DNA of 64,000 nt from an uncultured Verrucomicrobiae bacterium. Lineage in GTDB: Bacteria > Verrucomicrobiota > Verrucomicrobiia > Chthoniobacterales > UBA10450. This document shows, in pieces, positions 1 through 8,455 of this stretch. The stretch is taken from positions 96,001 through 160,000 of the forward strand of contig CAWDGJ010000002.1 in assembly GCA_963801815.1 (NCBI GenBank). The letters are read 5' to 3'. The notes beneath the pieces are model-generated. The model saw only the letters and a program-made list of their open reading frames with translations. It was not told the DNA's origin and did not search any database. The translations under genes and the position numbers were made by a program. Within the stretch, counting starts at the first letter, position 1. Every line of letters starts with the position of its first letter.

Positions 1-352
1 CCGAATCGTCTTCGACGTAAGGCGAGCGCTTTTCGCCATCGAAAACGTAGTCGGTGCTGAAATGAATGAGTTTTGCGTTCTTGTTCGCACAGATTTCAGC
101 CAGGATACGCGGTGCTTCGGCATTGATCGCGAACGCCTGATCCACTTCGGTTTCGCAAAGATCGACATTGGTAAAGGCAGCCGCGTTGATCAGCAAATCA
201 AAATCAAGCTTTGTAACGTCCCGATGAATTTCATCGGGCTTGGCAAGATCGAGCCGCGCGTGATCAAAGCCAGCGACGTCGAACTTTTCGCGATAAGCAC
301 GTACGAGCGCGGCGCCAAGTCGACCGCCTGAACCGATAATAACAATTTTCAT
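1..352 (-). CDS. rfbD: dTDP-4-dehydrorhamnose reductase (runs off window start)
   Basis: Manual minus-strand translation from ATG at 352: MKIVIIGSGGRLG...LINAAAFTNVDLCE...LIHFSTDYVFDGEKRSPYVEDD, typical RmlD motifs; follows rfbB. Confidence 0.93.
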   Translation of the reverse strand, partial: MKIVIIGSGGRLGAALVRAYREKFDVAGFDHARLDLAKPDEIHRDVTKLDFDLLINAAAFTNVDLCETEVDQAFAINAEAPRILAEICANKNAKLIHFSTDYVFDGEKRSPYVEDDS

Positions 353-358
353 TCTTCT

Positions 359-417
359 GTAGCCGCGCTCTACGAGCGCCGATCTCTTCTACTTTCGGCG
401 GTCATAGACCGCGCTAC
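359..417. repeat. REP-like GTAG...CTAC palindromic element
   Basis: GTAGCCGCGCTCTACGAGCGCCG...CGGCGGTCATAGACCGCGCTAC fills the rfbB-rfbD spacer; terminal inverted repeat plus two internal hairpins. Confidence 0.75.
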
Positions 418-425
418 GAAAATCT

Positions 426-1417
426 TCAATACCGCCCCGCGCGCTCAAGCAGCGGTTGCCACCATGATTGATTGTCGATGTACCACTGGATGGTGGTCTT
501 CAATCCTTCGTCAAAATCCTTGCGCGGTTTCCATTTCAATTCCTTCTGCCCAAACGAGGAATCGATCGCGTAACGGCGGTCGTGGCCGAGGCGGTCTTTC
601 ACAAACGAAATCAGGCTCTCAGGCTTGTCGAGCTGTTTCAAAATCATCTTCACGAGATCGAGGTTCAGCCATTTCGTTGCCGCCGCCGAAATTGTAAACC
701 GCGCCCGGCTTTCCCTCGAACAATGCGGCCACAGCTGCCGCGCAATGATCTTCGACGTGAATCCAGTCGCGCACGTTCATGCCGTCGCCATAAACTGGCA
801 GCGGCTCGTCGCGCAGCGCTTTGATGATCATGAGCGGAATCAGTTTTTCGGGAAACTGATACGGCCCGTAGTTGTTCGAGCAGCGCGTGACGATGACTTC
901 CTGTCCGTAGGTTTTGTGGTGCGCGAGAGCGAGAAGGTCGGCGCCGGCTTTGCTCGCCGAATACGGCGAGCTGGGATCAAGCGGCGATTGCTCGGTGAAC
1001 TTTCCGGTTTTGCCTAGCGAACCGTAAACCTCGTCGGTGGAAATTTGAACGAAACGCTGGACGCCATGCTTGCGCGCCGCGTTCAAGCAGCACGCTCGTG
1101 CCGATGACGTTGGTGTGAATGAAGTTCTCGGGCGAATTGATGCTTCGATCGACGTGCGACTCGGCGGCGAAATTGACGACGGCGAAGAATTGATGCTCGA
1201 GCATGAGGGCGTCCATCGCGTCGGCGTTGGCGATATCGGCTTTGAAAAATTCGTAGCGTTCGCCATGTTCCTCGACCACGCCGTCAAGATTGGCGAGGTT
1301 GCCGGCGTAGGTCAGGGCGTCGACATTTGTGACCGAGGCCGGCTTGTAATGTTGCAGAATATAGCGAATAAAATTGCTCCCGATGAAGCCGCAGCCGCCG
1401 GTCACGAGAATTCGCAC
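426..1417 (-). CDS. rfbB: dTDP-glucose 4,6-dehydratase (frameshifted across three ORFs, probably sequence errors)
   Basis: [66 protein letters not shown] and [12 protein letters not shown] are spread over ORFs 977-1603, 619-1287 and 426-653; GTG start at 1417. Confidence 0.93.
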
Positions 1418-1478
1418 AGCGACAGCTAGCAGCCCACAGGCTGCCGCGCTAGCAGATTTTCCCCTGCTCGGCGGCTCT

Positions 1479-3284
1479 TTGGAGACATGGCGACGCGCGT
1501 TCGTGGAAAGCGAGTGGACGCCGTGGCTCATCCTCGGTCTCGCGACTTTTCTGCGCCTTTTCCTCCTCGGAATGAAGCCGCCGCATTTCGACGAGGGAAT
1601 CAACGGCTGGTTTGTCGATCAAGTCCTTAAGAACGGTTATTACAAATACGATCCGACGAATTATCACGGCCCGCTCCATTTTTACGCGCTGTTGTTGTCC
1701 CAAACATTGTTCGGAAGAAATCTCTGGGCACTGCGACTGCCAGTCGTGCTGGTCAGCGTCGCTTGCGTTTGGCTCACATTGAAATTCGAACCATTGGTCG
1801 GCCGAACAGTCAGCCGGCTGGCTGCGCTCGCGATGACGGTGTCACCCGGTTTTGTTTTTTACGGTCGTTATTCGATCCACGAAGTCTGGATTTTGTTTTT
1901 TACGATGCTGTTTTTCTTCGGCCTGTTCGGGCTCTGGAAATTCGGCACCGCAAATTATCTCTGGTGCGCCGGGATGGGACTGACCGGTATGATTTTATCG
2001 AAGGAGACTTACATCCTCCACATCGCCTGCGCGATCATCGCCGCTTTCGTTCTTCTAATTTCGAATGGTCTCGCCCGCGGCGCTGCGAAGTTTTTACAAC
2101 GCAGTGGAAGTCGACGTGGAATTCTTGCAGCCTGTTTGAAACTAATTTCCCAAGGAATCACTACGATCGCCTCGCCAATCGAGGACACGCGACCGGCCGC
2201 GCAAACTTGGAACTCTGTCGACCTTACGGTGGTCATTGGGACTGGGATCGCGCTAATCATCGCGTTCTATTCCGGCTTTTTCTTCCACTGGAGTGGAGTG
2301 AGGGGGATTCTTGAAGCCTACAAGCCTTGGTTCGAAACCGGCAGTCAGGGTCACGGTCACGAAAAAGCGCCTTATTACTGGCTCGCTCTGATCAGTCATT
2401 ACGAGCTGCCTGTTTTGGCGGGCCTGCTCGCGTGCTTGTTCGCTCTGCGGTTTGAGTCAGTGTTCCTGCGTTACCTGGCAATTTACGGTGTGGGAACGCT
2501 CATGGCCTACAGCATCGTGAAATACAAAACGCCATGGTGCATTATCAGCTTCATTTGGCCGTTTCTGTTTACGTTGGGCGCAATGGTGACACTCGCGCCG
2601 CTGCGATTTAAAGGCGTTACCTACCGAGCGATCGGTCTCGTCCTGATAGGATTGCTCGGCTACACATTTTTTTACGTTGTCACGAAGGACTGGCCCACAA
2701 CCTGGGATCACGTGTGGCCGTACTGGTTGATCGCAGGCACCGGGTTGTTATTGGCGGTATTAACAATTCGCGATTTGACGGAGATAATTGCGGCAATTCT
2801 GATCGTTTGGTCGCTCGGATATTGCATTTGGTTGAATTACTTCAGGTGCACAACCGACAGCGAGCCGTACGTCTATGTGCAGACCTACAACGATATTTAC
2901 AAATTTACTGATCCGATCGTGCAACTGGCCCACGCAGATCCCCGCGCGTATCAGCTGGTCGGTCACGTTATTCGCGGCAGTCCCTATCCGTTGCCGTGGA
3001 TCCTTGGTGATTTCGGTCGGGTCGGTTATTACGAAAAGGACAGCATGCCAGATAAGTTGGACGGCGACTTTCTGCTCGTGGAGCAGGACAAGATCGCCAC
3101 GGTCGAACAGAAACTGCATGAGACCTACTACACGGTGCCGCTAACGATTCGACCGTACCAGGATCCGTCGAAAGCCTATTTCAACGCGAAAATTTTCAAG
3201 GTCTTCTTCCCCGGAAAATCGCCTGACTTTAATGGGGCTACACCGCACCCGAGCCCAACAACATCACCAAGTCCAAACCAATGA
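1479..3284 (+). CDS. GT-C fold membrane glycosyltransferase-like protein (PMT/ArnT-like; resembles TIGR03663/Agl23 family)
   Basis: N-terminal HFDEG...YKYDPTNYHGP loop motif, many TM helices, periplasmic C-terminus with YVYVQT and YPLPW. Start uncertain (TTG 1479 or GTG 1503). Confidence 0.72.
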   Translation: METWRRAFVESEWTPWLILGLATFLRLFLLGMKPPHFDEGINGWFVDQVLKNGYYKYDPTNYHGPLHFYALLLSQTLFGRNLWALRLPVVLVSVACVWLTLKFEPLVGRTVSRLAALAMTVSPGFVFYGRYSIHEVWILFFTMLFFFGLFGLWKFGTANYLWCAGMGLTGMILSKETYILHIACAIIAAFVLLISNGLARGAAKFLQRSGSRRGILAACLKLISQGITTIASPIEDTRPAAQTWNSVDLTVVIGTGIALIIAFYSGFFFHWSGVRGILEAYKPWFETGSQGHGHEKAPYYWLALISHYELPVLAGLLACLFALRFESVFLRYLAIYGVGTLMAYSIVKYKTPWCIISFIWPFLFTLGAMVTLAPLRFKGVTYRAIGLVLIGLLGYTFFYVVTKDWPTTWDHVWPYWLIAGTGLLLAVLTIRDLTEIIAAILIVWSLGYCIWLNYFRCTTDSEPYVYVQTYNDIYKFTDPIVQLAHADPRAYQLVGHVIRGSPYPLPWILGDFGRVGYYEKDSMPDKLDGDFLLVEQDKIATVEQKLHETYYTVPLTIRPYQDPSKAYFNAKIFKVFFPGKSPDFNGATPHPSPTTSPSPNQ

Positions 3285-5104
3285 AGTGGCTTGCCGGCGG
3301 CTTAACATTTGTCAACGCCGCTACTATTTGCGGATTGCTGCTCGGAATAGTGGCTGGCGGGTTGAGCACTCCGATCGCATTCATCGCGATTGCATTGGGC
3401 GCAGTGTTAGCGGCTGTTGCTTACGCCAGCACCGGAGACACACCCCCAGCCTCGGCCGGCGAACCAACTCAGGGTAGATATCGAAACCTCATCACCTGGA
3501 TCCTCGCGGCAATCTTCGCGATCTTCGCACTGCGTTCGTTTATTTGGCTTCTTTATGTCGACGGAACCGAACTCAAGATCCAATCGCCGGTGAACCTCGG
3601 TGACCTCGGCCTTCATCTCACTCACATCAAGTTCTTTGCCAACGGCGTCCGCCTGTGGCCGTCGAATCCGATTTATGTCGGCAGCGAACACCTGCGCTAT
3701 CCCGCCGGCATCGATTTGTTCAACGCTCTGCTGCTGAAGATCAACGTCAGTCTAATTCCGGGGCTTGTCTGGGTTGGTTTAATTGCATCGATCGCGACGT
3801 TTTACGCGTTTTATCGCTGGGGCGGCGCGTTTGCGGTTGCCGGTTTTCTTTTCAACGGCGGTATCGCGGGTTTTCAGTTTCTCAAAACATTCGATGTCAG
3901 CGATTATCAAGACGTCAATCACGTCGCTTGGAAGTGCATTCCACTCACGATGTTCGTGACTCAACGCGGCCTACTGTATGCCATTCCGGCCGGGTTGATC
4001 CTTTTGTGGCACTGGCGGGAAAAGTTTTATGGAAAGGCGGAACAAGATCGAAACCGGGGGCCTCTGCCGTTTTGGCTCGAGCTTTCGTTCTACGCGGCAA
4101 TGCCGCTCTTTCACATTCACACCTTCATGGCGCTCAGCATTCTGCTCGTTTGTTTGTTCGTCGCCGGCGATGCGCCGGAACGCAGTCACATTCTGAAACT
4201 CGTTCTTAGCGCGCTGGTCCCGGCAACGTTTCTTGTCTGGCTAATCACGGACCATTTCCACGCCAGGTCCGTAATCGAATTCAACTGGGGCTGGGTCCAG
4301 CGCAATGATGGCGAATTCAAAATGCCGTTCTTTCGCTTCTGGTTCTTTAACTTTGGAATGTTGGTGCCCTTGGTGCTGACCCTGACCGGCATGCTCGGCT
4401 ACCGTGTCTGGAGGGAGGGATTCAAATCGGGACGCAAGCAGCCAGAGGAGATCGCGTTTGTTTTCGGCGCGACAGCCATTTTTCTTTTCACCTTCTTTGT
4501 GAAAACCGCGCCCTGGGGGTGGGACAATCTCAAGATTATGGTTTGGTCCTACTTCATCGTGCTGCCCTATTTGTGGCGAAATTTGATCATTCAATGGGAG
4601 CGGCCGATCCGCTGGGCAGTGTGTTTTGGGTTGTTTGCTTCGGGATTCATCAGCTTGTTCGGCGGATTGGCCGCCGGGAAAGGTGGTTTCGGTTTCGCGC
4701 AACGCGGCGAAGTGGATGCGGTCGACGCCGCTGTTCGTAAAATGCCGATCGAGGCGCGATTTGCTTCGTGGCCGACTTACAATCATCCGTTGCTGCTCAG
4801 CGGGAGAAAGGTTGTGATGGGATATCCCGGTCATCTCTGGACCCAGGGATTCGACGATTACGGGAAAACGAACGACTTGCTTGCCAGATTAATGCAAGGG
4901 GCGAACGACTGGCGTGATCTCGCCCGGACCTTGCATGTCCGGTATATTTTTTGGGGACGCGAAGAAAAAGCGAACTATCAATCCAGCACAAGGCCGTGGG
5001 AGAAGACTACGGCGCTGGCGGCTTCCGGAACGTGGGGGGCAATTTACGATTTGGAACAACCCGCGACTCCAAATCAGGCGACACCCCCAAGTGTGGACCA
5101 ATAA
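3281..5104 (+). CDS. Polytopic membrane protein, probable second GT-C glycosyltransferase
   Basis: 607 aa ORF with ATGA overlap; loop motif GDLGLH...WPSNPIY...LRYP; C-terminal domain GRKVVMGYPGHLW...YIFWGREE. Confidence 0.6.
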   Translation: MKWLAGGLTFVNAATICGLLLGIVAGGLSTPIAFIAIALGAVLAAVAYASTGDTPPASAGEPTQGRYRNLITWILAAIFAIFALRSFIWLLYVDGTELKIQSPVNLGDLGLHLTHIKFFANGVRLWPSNPIYVGSEHLRYPAGIDLFNALLLKINVSLIPGLVWVGLIASIATFYAFYRWGGAFAVAGFLFNGGIAGFQFLKTFDVSDYQDVNHVAWKCIPLTMFVTQRGLLYAIPAGLILLWHWREKFYGKAEQDRNRGPLPFWLELSFYAAMPLFHIHTFMALSILLVCLFVAGDAPERSHILKLVLSALVPATFLVWLITDHFHARSVIEFNWGWVQRNDGEFKMPFFRFWFFNFGMLVPLVLTLTGMLGYRVWREGFKSGRKQPEEIAFVFGATAIFLFTFFVKTAPWGWDNLKIMVWSYFIVLPYLWRNLIIQWERPIRWAVCFGLFASGFISLFGGLAAGKGGFGFAQRGEVDAVDAAVRKMPIEARFASWPTYNHPLLLSGRKVVMGYPGHLWTQGFDDYGKTNDLLARLMQGANDWRDLARTLHVRYIFWGREEKANYQSSTRPWEKTTALAASGTWGAIYDLEQPATPNQATPPSVDQ

Positions 5105-5114
5105 TGTTCGTTTT

Positions 5115-5179
5115 CAGGGCACCCGCTCTGCCTGCCGGCTTCAAAACCCCACCGTCGATGCAGCGACCGCTTGCCCTAC
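5115..5179. repeat. REP-like palindromic element (GTAGGGCA end on minus strand)
   Basis: CAGGGCACCCGCTCTGC...GCAGCGACCGCTTGCCCTAC; its GTAG end contains the TAG stop of the convergent FabZ-like gene. Confidence 0.6.
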
Positions 5180-5598
5180 GGTTTCTCCTCCAGAGTACTC
5201 AATACGATTTGTCCTGCCGCCACCTGTTGGTTGTTGATCAACGCCTCGACTTCAAATTGAAGAAGTTGATCGATTTCACCCAGCTTGCGGGCGCGCAGAA
5301 CAATTTTCTCTTCGGGACGCACCCCGCGTAAAAATTTCATTTGCCGAATCGCGGAAAGCAGGAACCGCGTCCCCGAATTTTCCCGATGCGCTGCGATTCC
5401 CGCCGTTTGCGCAAGCGCTTCCGTTAAAATCACGCCGGGAACAAGCGGATCATCGGGGAAGTGTCCCGCGAACATTGGGTCGTCGCGCGAAAACTGCGTT
5501 TCGCATTCAGCCGACACGCCCGGCTCGCGTGCGATTAATTTCCGTACGAAGACAAACGGCGGCCGATGGGGCAGATTGGAGAGGAAGTCGGAGGTCAG
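5176..5598 (-). CDS. FabZ/FabA-like hotdog-fold 3-hydroxyacyl-ACP dehydratase
   Basis: LPHRPPFVFV upstream of the called ORF, then FAGHFPDDPLVPGVILTEALAQ and MKFLRGVRP. The only in-frame start-like codon before LPHR is CTG at or after 5598, inside or next to the repeat. Confidence 0.8.
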   Translation of the reverse strand: MTSDFLSNLPHRPPFVFVRKLIAREPGVSAECETQFSRDDPMFAGHFPDDPLVPGVILTEALAQTAGIAAHRENSGTRFLLSAIRQMKFLRGVRPEEKIVLRARKLGEIDQLLQFEVEALINNQQVAAGQIVLSTLEEKP

Positions 5599-5654
5599 AG
5601 GTCAGAGGTCAGAGGTCAGAGGTCAGAGGTCAGAGGTCGGAGGTCGGAGGTCAG
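5585..5654. repeat. Heptamer tandem repeat (AGGTCRG) x10
   Basis: Direct count: AAGTCGG, six AGGTCAG, two AGGTCGG, one AGGTCAG; fills the whole spacer. Confidence 0.97.
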
Positions 5655-6113
5655 TTACCCGTTAACAAAGTAGGCAAACTTCCAGCTGCCCTTCACTCGC
5701 GTGATGCCCGCGCGGTACCCGTCGTAGTTCAACGATGGATCGGCAAATTGCGGCGGTGCGACCAGGAAATTCCCTTTCTTGACGAATTTCTCCGCAAGGA
5801 TGCCATCCAATTCCGGCCACAGGTTTTCCTGGTCCCAGTATTGGAAAACGCCGGGGCCGGCCATCGCCGGGTCGAGCTTGTAACCGAAATCGTCACTCAT
5901 CATCGACTTGAGCGTTGCTATATCGCGATTGGCAGCCGCCTTGCGAAGGCGGCCGACAAATGCTTGAAAATCGACATCCCCACTTTCGCGCAGGTCCGCC
6001 TTCGTCTTTTTCTTAAGCGCGGCTTCCTTTAGTTTTTTTTCCTTCTGCTCCGGCGTTTGGCACCCGGCGAAGACGAAGACAGACAATAATAGAGCCGTGA
6101 TGAGAATTCTCAT
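5655..6113 (-). CDS. Hypothetical lipoprotein
   Basis: Signal peptide with lipobox FAGC; 152 aa. Confidence 0.8.
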   Translation of the reverse strand: MRILITALLLSVFVFAGCQTPEQKEKKLKEAALKKKTKADLRESGDVDFQAFVGRLRKAAANRDIATLKSMMSDDFGYKLDPAMAGPGVFQYWDQENLWPELDGILAEKFVKKGNFLVAPPQFADPSLNYDGYRAGITRVKGSWKFAYFVNG

Positions 6114-6128
6114 TGGTCTAAACGTCTG

Positions 6129-6881
6129 TCACGTTTGCCGCTTGGATTCAAGGGCGACCTTGCAAGCGCCATGTTGCCGGCGCTTGAATGGATGGGCGAG
6201 AAATATCCAGTAGATCGCGCTCGCAAAATCAATCAGCGAAGCGGACGGACTTGTCAGGCGAAGTGGACCGGTGCGCAGGGAGGCGAAAACACCTTCAATG
6301 GTTAACTCTGCCGGACGCGGGATGCTGGTGTGATGACGGCCGAACGCATGCAACCGATGCGCATCTGAAGTCGCGATCAACGGCTTGCTGTATTTCCTGG
6401 CAACTCTGGCTGCGCGTCGGTTTGGATTAAGCAACCCTTTGTGAAAATGACACATCTCGATCGCATCGAAGCAATCAATCTCATCAAAGAGCCGTGGACC
6501 AATCGAACCGCCCAAAACGTAAAAGGGATGCGGCGCGATCGTGAAAATCGACGACCCGCGACGGGCCCGAAGGTCGCGCACGTCGTCGAACGTATTCAAC
6601 GAGGCGATTTCGCTTGGAGTCACGTTCAGTAAAATCATGTCCGCGCCTTGCAATCGCATTTCGGCGGCCGGAATGAGCAGAATTCCCAGCGCAGCGGCGT
6701 CTGCGAAGACTTCTGCGCGATCGAACACCGCGTCGTGCAGGGTGATCGCAAGAACGCCGAAACCGAGTTGCTTCGCGCGCTCGAGCAATTGATGCGCCGA
6801 GTAATCGATCACATCCTTCGGGTCATCTAGAGTGTGGATGTGGAGATCGATTTTGATCCAATCGGTTTCGCTCTGGCTCAT
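6129..6881 (-). CDS. PHP-domain metal-dependent phosphoesterase
   Basis: IDLHIHT, AITLHD, APHPF and TSDAH motifs. Confidence 0.88.
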   Translation of the reverse strand: MSQSETDWIKIDLHIHTLDDPKDVIDYSAHQLLERAKQLGFGVLAITLHDAVFDRAEVFADAAALGILLIPAAEMRLQGADMILLNVTPSEIASLNTFDDVRDLRARRGSSIFTIAPHPFYVLGGSIGPRLFDEIDCFDAIEMCHFHKGLLNPNRRAARVARKYSKPLIATSDAHRLHAFGRHHTSIPRPAELTIEGVFASLRTGPLRLTSPSASLIDFASAIYWIFLAHPFKRRQHGACKVALESKRQT

Positions 6882-6950
6882 GCTCCTGCTTTAATTCTTG
6901 CTCGAAAGCAATCGAGCATGAGCACGATTAAGAGCAAGCGTAAGAGGGAG
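6876..6950. repeat. Hexamer-periodic (GAGCAN) imperfect palindrome
   Basis: GCTCATGCTCCTGCTTTAATTCTTGCTCGA...TCGAGCATGAGCACGATTAAGAGCAAG; overlaps the PHP start codon. Confidence 0.6.
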
Positions 6951-7030
6951 CGCAGGATAGGCCGAAAACTTGCGGCGAAACGCCGATTCTTTACTGTTCA
7001 CGGATCACTCATCACTGATCACTTCCGAAC

Positions 7031-7114
7031 GCTCGGGTGGTGGAATGGCAGACACGTACGTTTGAGGGGCGTATGCCGAAAGGCATGCGGGTTCAAGTCC
7101 CGCCCCGAGCACCA
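7031..7114 (+). tRNA. tRNA-Leu(GAG)
   Basis: Acceptor stem GCTCGGG/CCCGAGC, D-loop TGGCA, anticodon arm TACGT-TTGAGGG-GCGTA, long variable arm, GGTTCAAGTCC, encoded CCA. Confidence 0.96.
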
Positions 7115-7224
7115 ATTCTGTGGTTTTTGCCTGTAAAGCATGTCCCCGCAAAACTGTTTGTAACGAGAACGTTGCTTCGATTCTCTAAGGAAGACGAAAA
7201 ACTTCGATCTTTTCCTGTGCGCAA

Positions 7225-7440
7225 ATGCGATTCGTTTGTGTGCCGCGTCAACGCAAACCGAAGGGTCGATCCAGCGACGGAAACGCCGGCCACAAAGGCG
7301 ACGGCAAAATTGTGTGCGCGTTGTGCGGGCGTACCATCAAAGAAGACGGCAGTGCCGAACAACCCGTTATTTACAGCATCTGTGCGACTTGCAAGAAACT
7401 GCCGCACCGAAATCCCGGTTCGACCGCGTCACTTAACTAG
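7225..7440 (+). CDS. Small putative zinc-ribbon protein
   Basis: 71 aa with CALC...CATC pairs; convergent with argF. Confidence 0.5.
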   Translation: MRFVCVPRQRKPKGRSSDGNAGHKGDGKIVCALCGRTIKEDGSAEQPVIYSICATCKKLPHRNPGSTASLN

Positions 7441-8359
7441 CTAACTCGACCAGAATAGCCTTTTGCACGTGCAATCGATTCTCTGCCTGATCAAAAATCG
7501 TCTGAGCGTTGTTCTCAAAAGTCTTCTCATCGATTTCCTGGCCACGGTGCGCCGGTAGACAATGCATCACTAACGCGTCGGGCTTGGCCAGCTTGACCAC
7601 AGATTCGTTGATCCAGTACGGCCCGAGCTCTGCTTCGCGGCGCGCTTCCTCGGCTTCTTTGCCCATCGAAACCCAGATATCGGTGTAAAGAACATCTGCC
7701 CCCTTTGCCGCTTCCGGCACATTATCCGTGCAGGTCACGCGGCCGCCCGCGCGTTCGAGCACTTTTTTCTTCGGCAGATATTTTTTATGCGACGCGATCC
7801 GCAATTCAAAATCAAGTTTCCCCGCCGCGAATAACCAGGAGCGTGCGGTGTTTGAAACGCCGTCGCCGATGTAAGTGACCACTGTCTTCCCTGGCAAGCC
7901 GTAGCCTTGGGAAGGCTGGTCAATTTGCCCACGCTTTTCGATGATCGTGAAAATATCGCCAAGGATCTGGCACGGGTGCTCGTCATCGGTCAGTGCGTTA
8001 ATTGTAGGGACGCCCGAAAATTCCGCGAACTCCTCAATGTCGCTTTGCGCGTAAGTCCTAATGACAGCGCCGTGGATCATTCGCGCGAGCACGCGCGCAG
8101 TGTCCTTGATCAATTCGCCCCGGCCCAATTGTGCGTCGGCCGCGTTCAGATAAATCGTCTCGCCTCCGAGTTCCCGGATGCCAACCTCAAACGAAACGCG
8201 CGTCCGAGTTGACGGTTTGGAAAAAATTAGCGCCCAGGTTTGTCCAGCGAGCGGTTGGGCCGAAATTTTGCCGCGATTTGTTTTGAGCTCAGCCGTGCGT
8301 TGCAAAATCCGTCCGATTTCGTCCCGCGAAAGCTGCTCGATGCTAAGTAGATGTTTCAT
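7433..8359 (-). CDS. argF: Ornithine carbamoyltransferase
   Basis: STRTRVSF, HPCQ, WVSMG, MHCLP and QAENR motifs; ATG at 8359 (MKHLLS). Confidence 0.96.
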   Translation of the reverse strand: MKHLLSIEQLSRDEIGRILQRTAELKTNRGKISAQPLAGQTWALIFSKPSTRTRVSFEVGIRELGGETIYLNAADAQLGRGELIKDTARVLARMIHGAVIRTYAQSDIEEFAEFSGVPTINALTDDEHPCQILGDIFTIIEKRGQIDQPSQGYGLPGKTVVTYIGDGVSNTARSWLFAAGKLDFELRIASHKKYLPKKKVLERAGGRVTCTDNVPEAAKGADVLYTDIWVSMGKEAEEARREAELGPYWINESVVKLAKPDALVMHCLPAHRGQEIDEKTFENNAQTIFDQAENRLHVQKAILVELAS

Positions 8360-8373
8360 CCAAAAATCTTTCG

Positions 8374-8455
8374 GCCACGGATTAACACCGATGAAACACA
8401 GATGGCTGAATCCAAATTGCCTCTGCATCTGTGAAAATTCATGTTCATCTGTGGC
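8374..8455. repeat. 9-nt-periodic imperfect inverted repeat element (CACAGATGA type)
   Basis: Left arm GCCACGGATTAACACCGATGAAACACAGATG versus reverse complement of right arm GCCACAGATGAACATGAATTTTCACAGATG. Confidence 0.8.

Noticed and set aside
2075..2145. Possible repeat-derived insertion in the first GT-C gene
   Set aside because: Only a weak GCTGCGAAG/CTTGCAGC inverted match, with no second copy in the window.
5585..5654. Tandem repeat as a CRISPR array
   Set aside because: Contiguous 7-mers with no spacers, and no cas genes in the window.
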